Source: Octopus bimaculoides (taxonomy: Eukaryota). From it: 64,000 nucleotides of DNA. This document shows, piece by piece, positions 63,709 through 64,000 of the stretch. Under the pieces are notes generated by a model. That model made no database searches. It saw only the letters and a program-made list of their open reading frames with translations, and had not been told where the DNA came from. Both the position numbers and the translations under genes were made by a program. The DNA is taken from the NCBI RefSeq assembly GCF_001194135.2, contig NC_068982.1, positions 149,613,999-149,677,998 of the forward strand, written 5' to 3'. Position 1 is the first letter of the stretch; the number at the start of each line of letters is the position of its first letter.

Positions 63709-64000
63709 GAGGGGTTGAACAAAATAATGGAAGCACCTTAAAATTTCGAACAAATTTATTTTAATATGGGCTAGGATTGCCTTTGGCAGTAATTACAGCT
63801 TGAATTCTACAAGGGATGGATTCGTACAAAGTTTGAATTGTTTCCAAAGGAATTTTTGTCCATTCTTCAGCTAAAACAGTCCCCAGTTCTTGTAGTGATG
63901 ATGGTGGAGGATATCGACTCCTTACTTGTTTTTCTAAAATGCACCATAAATGTTCGATAATATTGAGATCTGTGAACTGTGGTGGCCAGATAAGATGTTC
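63709..64000 (-). mobile_element. Tc1-family (DD34E) transposon 3' end; continues beyond the window
   Basis: 63761-64000 is an open 79-codon frame: EHLIWPPQFTDLNIIEHLW...RSRYPPPSSLQEL..VLAEEWTKIP...GNPSPY*; TIR-like TA|GAGGGGTTGAACAAAATAATGGAAGCACC. Confidence 0.9.

Overview
AT-rich, repeat-saturated eukaryotic genomic DNA from a gapped draft assembly (nine N-runs, most next to (TA)n microsatellites or young repeats). The repeat families and microsatellite load look like a cephalopod, most likely Octopus; this is inferred from remembered repeat consensus sequences, not from a search. I could not confidently recognise any host protein-coding gene, RNA gene or CRISPR array. Most ORF-track entries are microsatellite or N-gap artefacts, or transposon remnants. 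The window is dominated by: (i) RTE-clade LINE fragments and their (GAT)n-tailed 3' ends, including two apparently identical, very young copies; (ii) several R4/Dong-like LINEs of the restriction-like-endonuclease type, two of which sit in (TAA)n tracts, plus a tandem non-coding element that also sits in TAA repeats; (iii) a Penelope-like RT remnant and Penelope-type terminal repeats with a degenerate hammerhead-like core; (iv) several tRNA-derived SINE families; and (v) DNA transposons (maT/DD37D, mariner, Tc1, and hAT, pogo-like and piggyBac-like MITEs). A few weak exon candidates lie in the repeat-free patch at 48.4-49.3 kb. The most interesting leads are the TAA-targeted element system, the dimeric SINE with a single TSD, the MER1/Charlie-like hAT MITE, the hammerhead-like motif and the young RTE subfamily. 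All alignments and translations were done by eye; coordinates of degenerate elements are approximate.
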